Positions 12,317 to 25,495 of a stretch of DNA of 64,000 nucleotides are shown here, piece by piece (position 1 is the first letter of the stretch; every line of letters begins with the position of its first letter). Made by a program: the position numbers and the translations under genes. The stretch spans positions 167,710,001 through 167,774,000 of the forward strand of contig NC_042998.1 in the NCBI RefSeq assembly GCF_006345805.1, given 5' to 3'. The DNA is from Octopus sinensis (Eukaryota). The notes beneath the pieces were generated by a model. That model saw nothing but the letters and a program-made list of their open reading frames with translations. It was not told the DNA's origin and made no database searches.

Positions 12317-13636
12317 CAATAGCGAAGAAAAAATGAGAACGGTTAATATTTTTTTAAATTTCAGAATAGCTAGTAAACGTACAATTTCGCAATTTGTTTC
12401 GTAAATACGGTTAACCATTAACTAAATTCTGTGGAAAATCTAAGTTTGTACAATGGTCTTAATAACAGTTAACAACACTAGTACTAGTTTCGTCCAAATG
12501 TCTCATCTGTAAAAGAAGAGAACGATCAAACCAAAAATGTTTCAATTAACACAAAACCATAATAATGATTGAAAGAAATGTAAATATGAACTTAATACAG
12601 TTAGTATGATGTTTGTAGACCTTTGTTGGAGATCACCTCTGCACATCGATTGCCACAGGACATAGCAAGTTTCCTGCACAAGTCAGGTGTTCCTTTCTTC
12701 CATTCCTCTTCTAATATCTCCCATAAATTCGTCGTAGTAGTTGGTGCCCTTTGTGTTACTTTGTCTCCAAGTATATTCCAAAGGTTTTCAATTGGATTTA
12801 AGTCTGGACACTGTGCTGGCCACTACATTACTTGGATATTTTGTTCACTAAAGAATTCAGTGACACACTTTGCAGTATGACAAGGAGCGTTATCTTGCAT
12901 GAAAATGTACAGTTGATTCGGAAATGCTCGTAATGATGGGACCACATGCTGTTTTACCAAATTCAAATAGATCTTAGCATTAATAGCCCCTTTAATCTGC
13001 ACTAGAGGGCCAACACCTTCAGAAGAAATTCCGCACGCCATGACGCTTCTTCTTCCAAACTTGGCAGATTTCTTCAGGCACTTGCATTTTAGCCGATCTC
13101 TTGTGAAGCGCCTAACATACTGTTTACCATCAGAACCTACTAAATTGAATTTGCTTTCATTGCTAAAATGAACTTTTGACCAATTTTTATCCCTCCAGTT
13201 CACTTGAGCTTCTGCAAATGTAAGTCTTTCCAGTTTGTTCTTCTTGCTGATGGTAGGTTTTGTTGCCGGGGAACGAGTCTTTAATCCAAATTCATTCAAA
13301 CGAACAAGACACGGTAAAGCGGCTCACTTCCGTACCATTATTTACTTCTTATTTTCTTAGAAACTTCAGCCACAGTCTCGAAAGGATCCTTTTATACGTA
13401 CCGCTTCATGGCTCGATCATCTCACACGGTGATTTTGCGTGATCTACCAGTTGCCTTTTTCAGTTCAAAACCTTTAATTTCTTCATAGAGCTTAAAAACT
13501 TAGATTTTTCAGAGAATTTAGCTAATGGTTAATCGTGTTTACGAAACCAGTTACGAATTTGTACGCTCACTAGCTTTTCCGACATTAAAAAAATATATTT
13601 ATCGTTCTCTCTCTCTCTTTTTTTTGCTCGCTACTG
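12317..13636 (-). mobile_element. Tc1 (DD34E) DNA transposon with both TIRs and TA target duplication; transposase decayed
   Basis: TA|CAATAGCGAAG...GAGAACG at left and the reverse complement TA|CAGTAGCGAGC...GAGAACG at right give TIRs over 110 bp. The transposase reads VHFSNESKF...FMQDNAPCHTAK...M*WPAQCPDLNPIENLW, with 34 residues between D and E and the first D mutated to N. Confidence 0.95.
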
Positions 13637-13719
13637 TATATATAAAACAAGTTAAACATAATGGTCATTACATATTTTTCCTTTATTGGAGCAAATTTCG
13701 TTGTTTCAGTAGTCACTAT

Positions 13720-13815
13720 AGGAACAATACTGTAGAAGATACTTGCACAAGGTACCACGCAGTGAGACTGAGGTCGGAACCATGCGGTTGAGAAACGAGC
13801 TTCTTACCAGAGAGC
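13720..13815 (-). mobile_element. SINE A head fragment
   Basis: AGAAGATACTTGCACAAGGTACCACGCAGTGAGACTGAGGTCGGAACCATG is the reverse complement of the A head. Confidence 0.7.
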
Positions 13816-14364
13816 CACACTTATAAATACTCTTATTTGCACATAAAAAAGAACAAAAAGAACGAGGGTACGCATGCACGTATAGATACATATTCTGACA
13901 CGTATATGTATACATATATTCAGACGCTGATATGTATATGCATAGAAACAATGCTAGAATTAAATGGATATATATGTAATAAAAGATATACATTCACAGA
14001 CACGAGTAGACACACACTCGTAAATACTCATTCACACACAATACCCATGAATACAATTACATTATATTTTATATTATATTACAAATGTAGAGCAGTAGAG
14101 CCGTCGGTTGCACAAGTTCATGATATTCTTGATGGTGCGATTGAATAACGAATAACTCAAAGGGCTTGAAACAAAAAGCATCAGCTTTCGAGTTTCTTGC
14201 CAGCGTACATAATCTAAAATTGCATACACACGCACAAAGATTTTATAACGTAGACTTGATACCAATTTAAATACGTTTCAGAGACATCTGAATCCGTGAA
14301 ACGGCTTTTCGTTGCAGTTTGTCATGGAGAAGTGTTCTCGCTAGAGACAAAAAAGTGTAAAAAT

Positions 14365-14464
14365 NNNNNNNNNNNNNNNNNNNNNNNNNNNNNNNNNNNN
14401 NNNNNNNNNNNNNNNNNNNNNNNNNNNNNNNNNNNNNNNNNNNNNNNNNNNNNNNNNNNNNNNN
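14365..14464. other. Assembly gap (100 N)
   Basis: Run of exactly 100 N, the usual placeholder for an unsized scaffold gap. Confidence 0.99.
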
Positions 14465-15251
14465 ACCAGTGAATTAGGTTCTATAAAGTTTTTAAACTCT
14501 ATAAAAAATTTAAAAAATAAATTTAAATCCCAGCTAAATCTTTTTCAGTAAACTCCTCGACAGCTTTAAAAATAATAGCACATTTTTCAAGCTCTAAATT
14601 TTAACACTACATGTCTATAATAAATGATGAGAACCTCTATAACTTGATTACTCACTGAATGAGGAAATTCAATTCACTTTATATCTTTACATGTGAACTA
14701 CATGAATTTACTTGTTGTTCTTAAGGGTTTAACCCTTAAGCATTTAACTGACCTTATCCAGTCAAAATATTCTACCTGTTTTATGGTCAAACTGCCCTAT
14801 AACATTATTAACTCGATAACATTTTTCTAAAAATAAATAAACATAACATCATGACTTCAAAAGGTTTCGGCCCGCTTGCCCGGTGTTTTTTAATATGTGT
14901 GTATGCACGTGCATATATATATATATATATATATAGATAATATATATAATATATATACACATATATATATATATAATATATATATAATAGATATATATAT
15001 ATATATATATATAGATATATATACAACAAGGATAAGATCGTTATTTAAATACCGATCTTATTATGTGGCCAGCATGGGAATAAAAACTTTCAAAGGTAAT
15101 AATTATGATTAAAAAAATAATAATTCAGGGTATCTAAGAAATACCACCATGCTAGAAATAGCAGCCAAAACTTGACTCTAAAACTGCATTAAATGTTCAT
15201 ACAGCACCAGGAGAGAAGACAAAAAGACAAAATAAACTATATATAGATACA

Positions 15252-15720
15252 GGGCTGGCTGTGTGGTAAGAAGTTTGCTTCCCAACCACATGGTTCCAGG
15301 TTCAGTCCCACTGCATTGCACCTTGGGTATGTGTCTTCTACTATAGCCTTGGACCAACCAAAGTGGATTTGGAAGATGGAAAATGAAAGAAGTCCATTGT
15401 ATATGTGTGTGTATGTAATATATATATATATATATTATAATATATATATATTATATATATAAATATGTATCTATATATATATGTATATGTATGTGTGTGT
15501 GTCTTTGTGTCTGTGTTTGTTTCCCATTACCACTTGACAACTGGCTTGGTGTGTTTACATCCCCATAACTTAGTGGTTCAGCCAAAGAGACTGATAGAAT
15601 AAGTACCAGGCTTTAAAGAAAAAAAAAGGTACAGGGGTCAATTCATTCAATTAAAATACTTCAAGGCAGTGTCTCATATCATGCTGGCAGTCTAATAGCT
15701 GAAACAAGTAAATAATGAAA
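15252..15720 (+). mobile_element. SINE A, near full length, diverged
   Basis: GGCTGTGTGGTAAG A box, GGTTCAGTCCC B box, internal AT/GT repeat, CTGAAACAAGTA tail. Confidence 0.85.
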
Positions 15721-15981
15721 GAAAAGATAATCACATTATCAAACTCTTGAAGCTATAAGATAATGCATAATTAATTGAAAACAAAATGTATTAATAGGAA
15801 TTACATTTGAAGGAGCAATCTGCATGGTAAGGGGTTAAACAACTCCATTCATAGTGATTAGGTTGCTCATGTAATGTTTTAATTTTCTGCTCACCTAACA
15901 AAACATCCAATAGTAATTGAAATTTTGCTGGAGCTAACTTAATAATTTAGTTGAAGTGATTAATCTATTACAGAAAATAAA

Positions 15982-16374
15982 TCTCTCTATATATAAAGCT
16001 GAAGTTGTCTGTGTATGGCAGGTTTGGTAGCCTTCAACTAATACTATCTCCTCCGAGACCTGCGGTGCAAGTTGACCAAAATTGAGAGTATGTTAGAAGA
16101 AGGCTTGCTCTTCCTTCCGTAGAACAAAAAATTCAAATCGAACCATGTTAACACCAGGAATAATTTACATCAAAAAGGTGCTTTTTTTTCTAGGAAAATC
16201 CCCATTTTTTACGATTTTTTTTACTGCTGTCTCACCATTTTTTGGTGTATTTCAACCAGAAAAATGTTCACTTAAAGAGAATAACAAGCTACATAATGCA
16301 AAATTTTTACTTTTCAAAAATTGTAATTCTAAAGGGTCGAAACAAACCCGAGCAACACTGGGCGATACTGCTAC
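15982..16374 (+). mobile_element. Non-autonomous Helitron (body type 1)
   Basis: 5' A|TCTCTCTATATATAAAG, subterminal CCCGAGCAACACTGGG hairpin and CTAC|T end (CTAG variant). Homologous to 45023-45411. Confidence 0.8.
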
Positions 16375-16595
16375 TAATTAATATATTGAATACTAACTCT
16401 AATCTTATATTTGAAATTATTAATGTTAACTTTTAAGATTCAGCTTTACCCTATTATAAATGTATACACACGTAACCTTGTTAAATGCAAGTATCTTATA
16501 TATATATTACATTATGCCTTCATCAATTTTAGAAATTACTTTTTGCTTTTTTTTATCTTCATTTAAATGCAAACATACATTAACATACATACATA

Positions 16596-16630
<35 letters not shown>

Positions 16631-17054
16631 TACATACATACATACATACATACACACATACATACATACATACATATATACATACATGCATGCATGCATA
16701 CATACATAAATACATACATACATAAATACATACATACATACATACATACATACATACATACATACATACATACATACACACACAATCTCATGCACTAAAA
16801 CAAATCTGCACACATTTTTGGAATGCATTCTTGTCTCTGAAATGTTAATTACATTAATTACACCTAATCATTTGGTCTCTAGTTAAGAATACACGCCTAT
16901 ATTCTTGGTGCTGCAAAATCAGTCTTGCTCTGGATACACTTCATCTGTAAAACAGCTTCTCATGTTAGGCTACCTGGGAAATATATTGTTCCCCACTGCT
17001 TATAACCTTTGGGCTTCCTACTTAATTAAAAAATTACTATTGTTATTTAGTGCG

Positions 17055-17255
17055 AAGGCATTGAGCTGGCAAAGTCGTTAACACATTGGATAAAATGCTA
17101 AGTGCCATTTCTTTTGGTTCTTGAGTTTCTGAGTTCAAATTCCACCAAGGTCGACTTTGACCTTCATTCTTTTTGGAGTTCATAAAAACAAAGTTCTAGT
17201 TGAGCACTGAGGTTGATATAATTGGCTACCTACCACCAATAAATTGCTGACCTTA
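17055..17255 (+). mobile_element. SINE B (diverged)
   Basis: AAGGCATTGAGCTGGCAAAGTCGTTA...GAGTTCAAATTCCACCAAGGTCGACTTTG. Confidence 0.75.
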
Positions 17256-17331
17256 ATCAGTTTGTTCTGCTGTGTGTGTATGTGTGTGTGTGTGTGTTGT
17301 GTGAGTGTGTGAGTATGTGTGTGCATGCACT

Positions 17332-17366
<35 letters not shown>

Positions 17367-17379
17367 ACATATATAGGTA

Positions 17380-18545
17380 CAGGCATGGCTGTGTGGTAAG
17401 ACATTTGCTTCCCAACCACATGGTTCCAGGTTCAGTTCCACTGCATTGCACCTTGGGTATGTGTCTTCTACTATAGCCTTGGGCCAACCAAAGTGGATTG
17501 GTAGATGAAAACTGAAAGAAGTCCATTGTATATGTAGATATGTAAGTACAGTTATGTAGTAGAGCATTTGTGTGGAAATGTAATAAAAAATACATGACAG
17601 TGACTTCGAAGTTCCAGTCATCCTTGGACTGAGCTGGCTGAAACTTTGACATCACTGTCAACAAGATAATTGTTTAAGAATAATAAATTTGTACTTTACA
17701 AAAGTATAGAGTAACCCATCAGATTGTTGTAAAATGGGTTGTGTGGTAAGGATCTTGTTTTCCAACAACATGGCTCCAGGTTCAGTCTCACTGCATGGCA
17801 CCTTGGGCAAGTGTTTTCTATTTATAGCCTTAAATCAACCAAAGCCTTGTCAGTGGATTTGGTAGACAGAAACTGAAAGAAGCCCATTGTGTGTGTGTGT
17901 ATATATATATATATTGTGTGTGTGAGTGTATATATATTGTGTGTGGTGTGTGTGTGTGTGTATATATATTGTGTGTGTGTGTGTATATATATATATATAC
18001 ATTATGCCTACATATATATGTGTGTTTGTCCTTGTGTCTGTGTTTGTTCCCCACAACTGCTTCACAACTAGTGCTAATGTGCTTAAGGCCTTGAAAGTTA
18101 GTGGTTTGGCAAATAGGCGCCAATAGTATAACCACCAGGCTTTAAAAAAATTCTTCAAGGGTTCCCACAGCATGCTTGCAGTCTAATGACTAAAACAAGT
18201 AAAAAGTATAAAATAAAAAGTAATTTCTTCATACATTTGTATCTTCCTAGGACACTGGCACTTTCCTGTGTCTATGACCAAAACACATATCACAGCTCAC
18301 TATCTTTTTCAATTTGTAAATTTTATTTTCTTAGTTGTTAAGCTTCAGTAATTTCCTCAGACTCTGGGTTTTATATGCTCTCAATAGGCATAGGAGCGGC
18401 TGTGTGGTAAGTAGCTTGCTTATGAACCACATGGTTTTGGGTTCAGCCCACTGCATGGCACCTTGGGCAAGTGTCTTATACTATAGCCTTGGGCGGACCA
18501 AAGCCTTGTGAGTGGATTTGGTAGACGAAAACTGAAAGAAGCCCG

Positions 18546-18618
<73 letters not shown>

Positions 18619-18850
18619 TGTATGTATGTGTGTGTATATGTTTGTGTGTCTTTGTTTGTCCCCCCCAGCATCGCTTGACACTAATGCTGGAGTGTTTACG
18701 TCCTCATAACTAAGTGGTTCGGTAAAAGAGACCGATAGAATAAGTACTAGGCTTACAGAGAATAAGTCCTGGGTCGAGTTGCTCGATTAAAGGTGGTGCT
18801 CCAGCATGGCCACAATCGAATGACTGAAACAAGTAAAAGAGTAAAGAGTA
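17380..18850 (+). mobile_element. Cluster of SINE A copies (17380-17530 head, 17740-18205, 18386-18850)
   Basis: Repeated A-box/B-box heads and family A tails. Confidence 0.85.
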
Positions 18851-18889
18851 AAAAAAAGAGAATAGCTCAGTCCACTTAGCCAGAACTTA

Positions 18890-19105
18890 CGAGGAGGTGC
18901 TGAAATGTTCCTGGCTTAAAGCGTCTTGTGAAAGGACTGGCTGGAGGCCTAACCTTGCAAGTTCTTTAACAGTGCTTAGAAAAACTGAAGGATCACTGCA
19001 ATAAGTGTGTAAATCTAAGAGGGAATATGTTGAATAAATTCATAATTAACTGATCCTCCTGCATTTCCTTTTATCCAAAGCCTGGAACTTTTCGGCATCC
19101 CTTTG
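18890..19105 (+). mobile_element. Mariner-derived MITE
   Basis: TA|CGAGGAGGTGCTGAAATGTTCCTGGCTT pairs with AAGCCTGGAACTTTTCGGCATCCCTTTG|TA. The interior retains a mariner C-terminal relic ending GEYVE*. A related copy is at 56565-56730. Confidence 0.75.
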
Positions 19106-19409
19106 TAATACAATACGGTTGGCAACAGCAGGGGCCGTCTTAGCAGCTTTCTAGGTCATTGGTTAAATCAATGCACTGGGCTCTGTATCATTTTTTATTT
19201 GCAGTAAGCCACAATATACATAGATCAGAATTAGGTCCCTAGATTCGAGAGGCCCCTGGGCAACTAGCCAGTAGTAAGCTCATGACTTAAGCTGGCTCTA
19301 GCAGCAGCAGAACTCATTATGAAATTGTCATGAAACATTTTAAGAGCTCACAGTGCAGAATACCATTTTACCTGTTAATAAAGCTACATGCTGTATTTCA
19401 CTGTCATTC

Positions 19410-19695
19410 ATTAATGAGACGATTTTTCTTGCACCCAGTCTACACTGTAAAGTGGTTGGTGTTCGGAAGGGTATCCAGCTGCAAAAACACTATTCACCTC
19501 GTGTGTGCTTGTGCCACATAAAAAGCACAAAGTCCACTCTGCTGAGTGGTTGGTGTTAGGAAGGACATCCAGCTTTAGAAATCCTGCCAAAACAGTCACA
19601 GAAGTCTGGTGCAGGCTTCTGCCTATCTGACTCTTGTGGTACTGTCTCATGCATGCTTGCATGGAACATGGACGTTAAATGATGATGATGATGAT
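19410..19695 (+). mobile_element. SINE or LINE-tail repeat with RTE-type 3' end
   Basis: Two copies of GTGGTTGGTGTT(C/A)GGAAGG..ATCCAGCT, ending GGACGTTAAAT(GAT)n. A related inverted copy lies at about 20290-20530. Confidence 0.55.
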
Positions 19696-19780
19696 ATTGA
19701 ATCTAGAGACAGATGCCACCAGCCATTTATCTTTGTAATTAGATGGAAACAAAAATAATTAAATGATTTAGATTAATGTT

Positions 19781-20101
19781 AGATTAATGGAGAAGTTCTT
19801 AAGCAGATCAGGCCGAAAATGTCGCTAGAAGCTAGGGTCACCAAGCATAGATTGGTATATTTCGGTCATATTATGCGGAGAAAATCCCTGGAGAAGGACA
19901 TCATGCTCGGAATGGTCAGTGGCAAGAGAGGAAGATGCCGACCAAGAACCTGCTGGCTTGACACCATCAAGAGTGATACCGGAATGGACATAGCCAATCT
20001 GAAAGAAGCGGCCCAGGATAGAACTGACTGGAGGACATTGATCCAACGAGTAACCGAGAGTCGACTTCGACTGAGCAGATAGATAGATAGATAGATAGAT
20101 T
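19781..20101 (+). mobile_element. 5'-truncated RTE-clade LINE 3' end
   Basis: RINGEVLKQIRPKMSLEARVTKHRLVYFGHIMRR...GKRGRCRPRTCWLDTIK...AAQDRTDWR is typical of the RTE/BovB ORF C-terminus. It is followed by an (AGAT)n tail. Confidence 0.9.
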
Positions 20102-21282
20102 TTGATAAGAAATTCAATGTTTAAGTAATTCCAAATTTTAGTTATATACAATCAGTTAGAATATATACTAACTTCCGAAAAGAAAATGTGCATTTTAATA
20201 ACCAATTTGAATTCATTACTAATTAAATACACTAATATGCCCAGTTTCAAATTGTTATTGTTTTATTTTTCAAAGTATTCATGCTCATGACCATGACTAT
20301 GATCATCATAATCACCATCATCAAGATCCACTTTGCCATCTTTATGTGGGTCAGAAAGAATTTGTTGATGAGGATTTTCTATGGCCAGATGTCCTTCCAG
20401 TCACTAACCCTCACTTGTTCCCAAGTAAGATAATATCTCTCCATGACCTGCCATGTTTTTCACAGAAGATTAGGAATGAAGGTCATTGCTTGTATGATGA
20501 ATGTATCATGTGATGTCAAGGCAAAGAAGCACAAAAGGTTCTATACACACACATGTGCATGCATATACATATATATATATAATATATATTATATATATAT
20601 ATATATATAATATAATGTGTGTGTGTGTGTTGTGTGTGTGTGTTCACAATAATGACTTTTATTAGTTTTATTCCTACCTCAGTTCATCTAATTGTATGTA
20701 TCTATTGTTACTTTTCATTAAAAGCCTTTACTTTTTTTTATTTCCATGTGAAGCGTCTCAAGAGGAATATCGCAGAATCGTGGCTTTGTTTTAGAATATT
20801 GATGTTAAGAAACAGACACAGACACAAACACACACACCCACCCACCCAACAACAAACCACACACACACACACACACAAAACAACATTTTATTGAAGCTGA
20901 AAAAATGTTCACAAACTGTTACACAGAGTTTCACGTACCCATTCATTATAAAGTCAGAATTCAGAATAATTGGTCAACTTATGTTGGGGCTAACTTTGCC
21001 TTTCGTTTATTACATGTAGATATGTGTGTGTGTGTGTGTGTTCGTGTGTGTTTGCGCGCGTGCGTGATATAACTTCAAATTTCTACTATTTTTAGATGTT
21101 TTAAACTGCTTTTATTTAGTGACGTGAAATACAAAAGGAAACGTACATGGAAAACTTGATAAAATTTCCTTTATGTTACTCTAGTGTTGCGGAAATCGAT
21201 ATAACAGGCTTATTTTCCTACTATAAATAGCTGCAAAATCATAACAGCAACAACAACAATAGCAATAATGATAAGGATTTCA

Positions 21283-21750
21283 ACTTTTTGACACAAGGCC
21301 ACGGAGAAGAGGGTAAGTCGATGGCATTGTCCCTAGTGCTCATCTGGTACTTATCTTATCGACCCCGAAAGGCTAAAAGGCGAAGTCAACCTCGGCAGAA
21401 TTTCAGCTTAGAATGTAAAGAGGGACAAAATGTTGCTAAGCATTTTGTTCAGCGTACTAATGACACTGTAAGCTCGCCGCCTTAACAACAACAACAACAG
21501 CAAGAAGAAGAAGAAGAAGGAAGAAGAAGAAGAAATGATTTCAAATTTTGGCACAAGGCCAGCAATTTCGGAGAGAGAGTAAGTCAATTACATCGACCCC
21601 AGTGCACAACTGGTACTTAATCCCATCGATTCCGAAAGGATGACAGGTAATGTAGACCTCGGAGGAATTTGAGCTTAGAACGTAAAAAACAGGTGAAATG
21701 TTGCTTAGCATTTTGTCCGGGGTGCTAACGATTCTGCCAATTAGCCAACT
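21283..21750 (-). mobile_element. Two SINE B copies (21283-21482, 21545-21750)
   Basis: GCACAAGGCC...CGACCCCGAAAGG...GCTCGCCGCCTT motifs, separated by (AAC)n(AAG)n. Confidence 0.8.
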
Positions 21751-22680
21751 TAGATAATAATGGTAATGATAATGAGTATTTGTGTATGAATGGAGAATTC
21801 TCGTTATGTTTGAAAGATATTCAATAGAATCACGATATCCTGTAGGAACGAAGTACAAGAGGATAAATTACGAGGATTCATTCAGTGCTTTTCGTAGTGA
21901 GTGTCTGTATACTCATGAATATATATATATATGGGGATTGCTCCATCTTCACATATAATGATTGCTGTCTCCTTGTGATTCCTCGTTGTCAATAGTATTT
22001 CTGACTTTCCGTCCATGACCTCTCAGCTGACTATTCACTACCGTGCAGATCCGCATGGTTCGGAGCACAGGTGACTTACGAGCGTTTCTAACTGGATTAG
22101 GTCTGCATTTGTCGCCACTCATCCATCGTCACAGGACTCTCAGTAGCTAGAGTAACAAATGAGGTCACCCGAAAGAGACAAGTGAACATCATAGGATTAT
22201 AGTGATAAACGCTTGAACAACACGTTTTCTGAGTCTCTGTGATTAGTACCTGGTGACAGACCCGAAGGGAGATGACCAGTAATCCCATGAAACCGCAGGT
22301 ATTTTTACATCAGAGTGTTCCTTTTCCTGAAAGATGCTGTGCCAACAGCTAGGGTCCCTCATTCCCAGTGGTTCTACTACTCGCTCTGACACCAACCAAA
22401 GGTACTTTTGCGTCCCCGCTCTGAGATGGAATGTCATCACATTTGGTAGTTAACCCGTACCAGGAACTCTGACAAGTGCTAATACTTCGAGTAGGAGTAG
22501 ACCTGAGAGTAACAGTGGCTAAGAGGTGGTTCTACACTTCTCAAAAACTCTGGAACTCCTGAACTAAAAGGTAGTAATTAACTTTTTCCACTACTCCGAT
22601 GGTCAACGGCCAACCTAAGAATATTCACTGCAAAACTATCTTGTTATTTTCTTTTTCGCTCTGTCTGTCTCTCTCACTTT

Positions 22681-22711
<31 letters not shown>

Positions 22712-22885
22712 ACACACGCACACATTCACAAACACACACACACACACACATACACACACACGCACACATTCACAAACACACACACATATAGTCATGTGAG
22801 TTTAAATGTATGTTATATGTTACTTGAAAAATTGCTAACAACAACTACAGCCACAGCCTTAGGGCTGAAACAACAAGAGATAAAA

Positions 22886-22922
<37 letters not shown>

Positions 22923-22997
22923 TAGTGCTCATCTGTACTTATCTTATCGACCCCGAAAGGGTAAAAGGCGAAGTCAACCATATATATATGTATATAT

Positions 22998-23036
<39 letters not shown>

Positions 23037-23037
23037 A

Positions 23038-23074
<37 letters not shown>

Positions 23075-23086
23075 ATATACATATAA

Positions 23087-23153
<67 letters not shown>

Positions 23154-23190
23154 CTATATATATATATATATATATATATGTTATATATAC

Positions 23191-23263
<73 letters not shown>

Positions 23264-23600
23264 CATTATATATATATATAATCTATATATATATATAATA
23301 TATAAATTTTTTTTCAGAATGAGATAAAAATACCAAGGCTGTGAAAATTTTAGAACATTTATAAATGTCCTAAAATCTTCACAGCCTTGGTTTTTCATCT
23401 CATTCTGAAAAAAAAAAAATATATATACACATGCTGATATATGACCTACGTTGAACTCCTTATTGGCATAATCACCGAACCTGGAGCTTAACTATGGTCA
23501 ATCCATAGCACTTAACTCACCATTACCTAACACCTTTGGGTCTTATTCACACCATTACCTCTCATAACTTCTAAATATTTTTATATATATATAATCTTAG

Positions 23601-23658
23601 CATCTGATGAGATGAATGTGTTTTATGCGTCCACGAAACTACGAAACTATATGTCATG
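23601..23658 (+). ncRNA. Candidate type-I hammerhead ribozyme
   Basis: CAT-CTGATGA-GATG...CGTC-CACGAAACTA-CGAAAC-TATAT-GTC-ATG. The core is intact; there is an 8-nt duplication before GAAA. Confidence 0.5.
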
Positions 23659-24614
23659 AGCAGCTGAATCAACCCTTCATGAATCATGTATGTATGTATG
23701 TATGTATGTATGTATGTATGTATGTATGTATGTACTGATACACGTGCATACGTGTGCAGAAATATATTTGGGTGTAATCTATATATATATAAATGCATGC
23801 ATATATATATATATATATATATATATGTCAAGATTAATCAGCCGAAATTGCTAAGATGATCTGGTTCTTGACTGATGACTGAGGGCTTCGAATGTCCCGT
23901 CCTGTGGTTCTTGTGTCGTCTCTGTGGTGTTTCATGTTCTTGTCCATGTCTGTATTTATTTTTACTGTTTACCTATATATATATATATATACATATAGTC
24001 ACAATGAGGGTATTTAGACCTCGAATAGGGATATTTTTATCCAAGATACACTGGTTTAATATATAGTATTTTGAAGAGACATTTCTTCAATGAATATATT
24101 CTATAACATGTTGTAAAATATCAAATAGTATCATTATTATTAAGTTTCAAAACTGAGTGATCTCATGGATACAAAGTTATTTATTAGTTAATTAACATAT
24201 TTTACCTACAATCGTTTCATTTGACAAACAAAATTAAAACTACAAAACATATAAATATATAATTTTGCATTTTAAAATACTTTGGATAGAAAATCATCAG
24301 GGTGCACAAAGGACAATACGAGGATTACATTATGATCCGTTGTAATACTCAGAATATATAGACATATTCATTATGTGTGTATATGTGTGTGTGTGTGTGT
24401 GTGCACGCATGCGTTAAAATTTTTACTTTTGTTTTTAATTCAATAGGAAAATTACATAAAATTACATAAAACAAAATAAAAGTAAAACAAAATTTATACT
24501 CGTGAAATAAAAACTTATACTCATGTTAATGTATGCGTGAGCGTATGTGCATGCGTATATATATATATATATATATAATATATAATATATAATATATATA
24601 ATCGTAGCATCTGA

Positions 24615-24649
<35 letters not shown>

Positions 24650-24650
<1 letters not shown>

Positions 24651-24905
24651 CACCTTTATTTGGGATCACTACAACTTTGTTATCTCTCCTACTTCTTAGC
24701 TCCCCTGTGTGACTCTTCTGTCCAACATTCGCCAAGATAAATCGCTAGCCACTACACACATTTTTTCTCTCCTTGTTTCTTTCTGTTCCTTTCTGTGGAA
24801 GAGCGTAGGCTCGAAACGTTAAAGACTTTTTTTTAATTCCCGAGCGTTATACTAATACATCTGTTTGTTTTTTACACCACCTGTCTTCGCCTTTTTTTTG
24901 TGTGA
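24650..24905 (+). mobile_element. Putative Penelope-like terminal-repeat fragment (family F)
   Basis: Lies between (AT)n tracts, contains CTGTGGAAGAGCGTAGGCTCGAAACGTT, and is homologous to about 33960-34100 on the minus strand. Confidence 0.5.
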
Positions 24906-24947
24906 ACCCCCCCCCCCGTTATATATATATATATAGATAGATAGATA

Positions 24948-25298
24948 AGGACAAGATCGTTATTCCAATAACGATCAAATCAAGTGACGGCATGGGAAGA
25001 AAACACCTTATAGGTTATAATTATTATTAAAATTATAAATAAGGGTATCTAAGAAGATACCACCATGCTTGAAATATCAGTCAAAACCTGACTCTAAAAC
25101 CACAACATATATTCAATACAGTATAAGTTGAAAAGACTAAAAGATAAATAAACTAGTGAAAATTGGATTCACTAGTTTATTTTTCTAATTGTCTTTTCGC
25201 CTTGCGCTGTATTGAATACATGATGTAGTTTTAGAGTCAGGCTTTGACTGCTATTTCAGGCATGGTGGTATCTTCTTAGATACCCTTATTTATAATTT
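24948..25298. repeat. Long fold-back element (arms about 130 bp, 25030-25298)
   Basis: AAATTATAAATAAGGGTATCTAAGAAGATACCACCATG...AAACTAGTGAA pairs with TTCACTAGTTT...CATGGTGGTATCTTCTTAGATACCCTTATTTATAATTT. A single-arm relative is at 15025-15240. Confidence 0.85.
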
Positions 25299-25306
25299 TA
25301 ACAATG

Positions 25307-25339
<33 letters not shown>

Positions 25340-25396
25340 GTTTATCTATCTATCTATATGTATGTATGATGTATGTATGTGTAAGAGAGAGAGAGA

Positions 25397-25495
<99 letters not shown>

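Noticed and set aside
21940-22600. Complex, more GC-balanced segment as a host exon
   Set aside because: No long open frame or recognisable motif; more likely an old LINE UTR or unclassified repeat.
23860-23905. CTGATGACTGAGGGCTTCGAATGTC as a hammerhead
   Set aside because: It lacks GAAA and a paired stem II; at best a decayed remnant.
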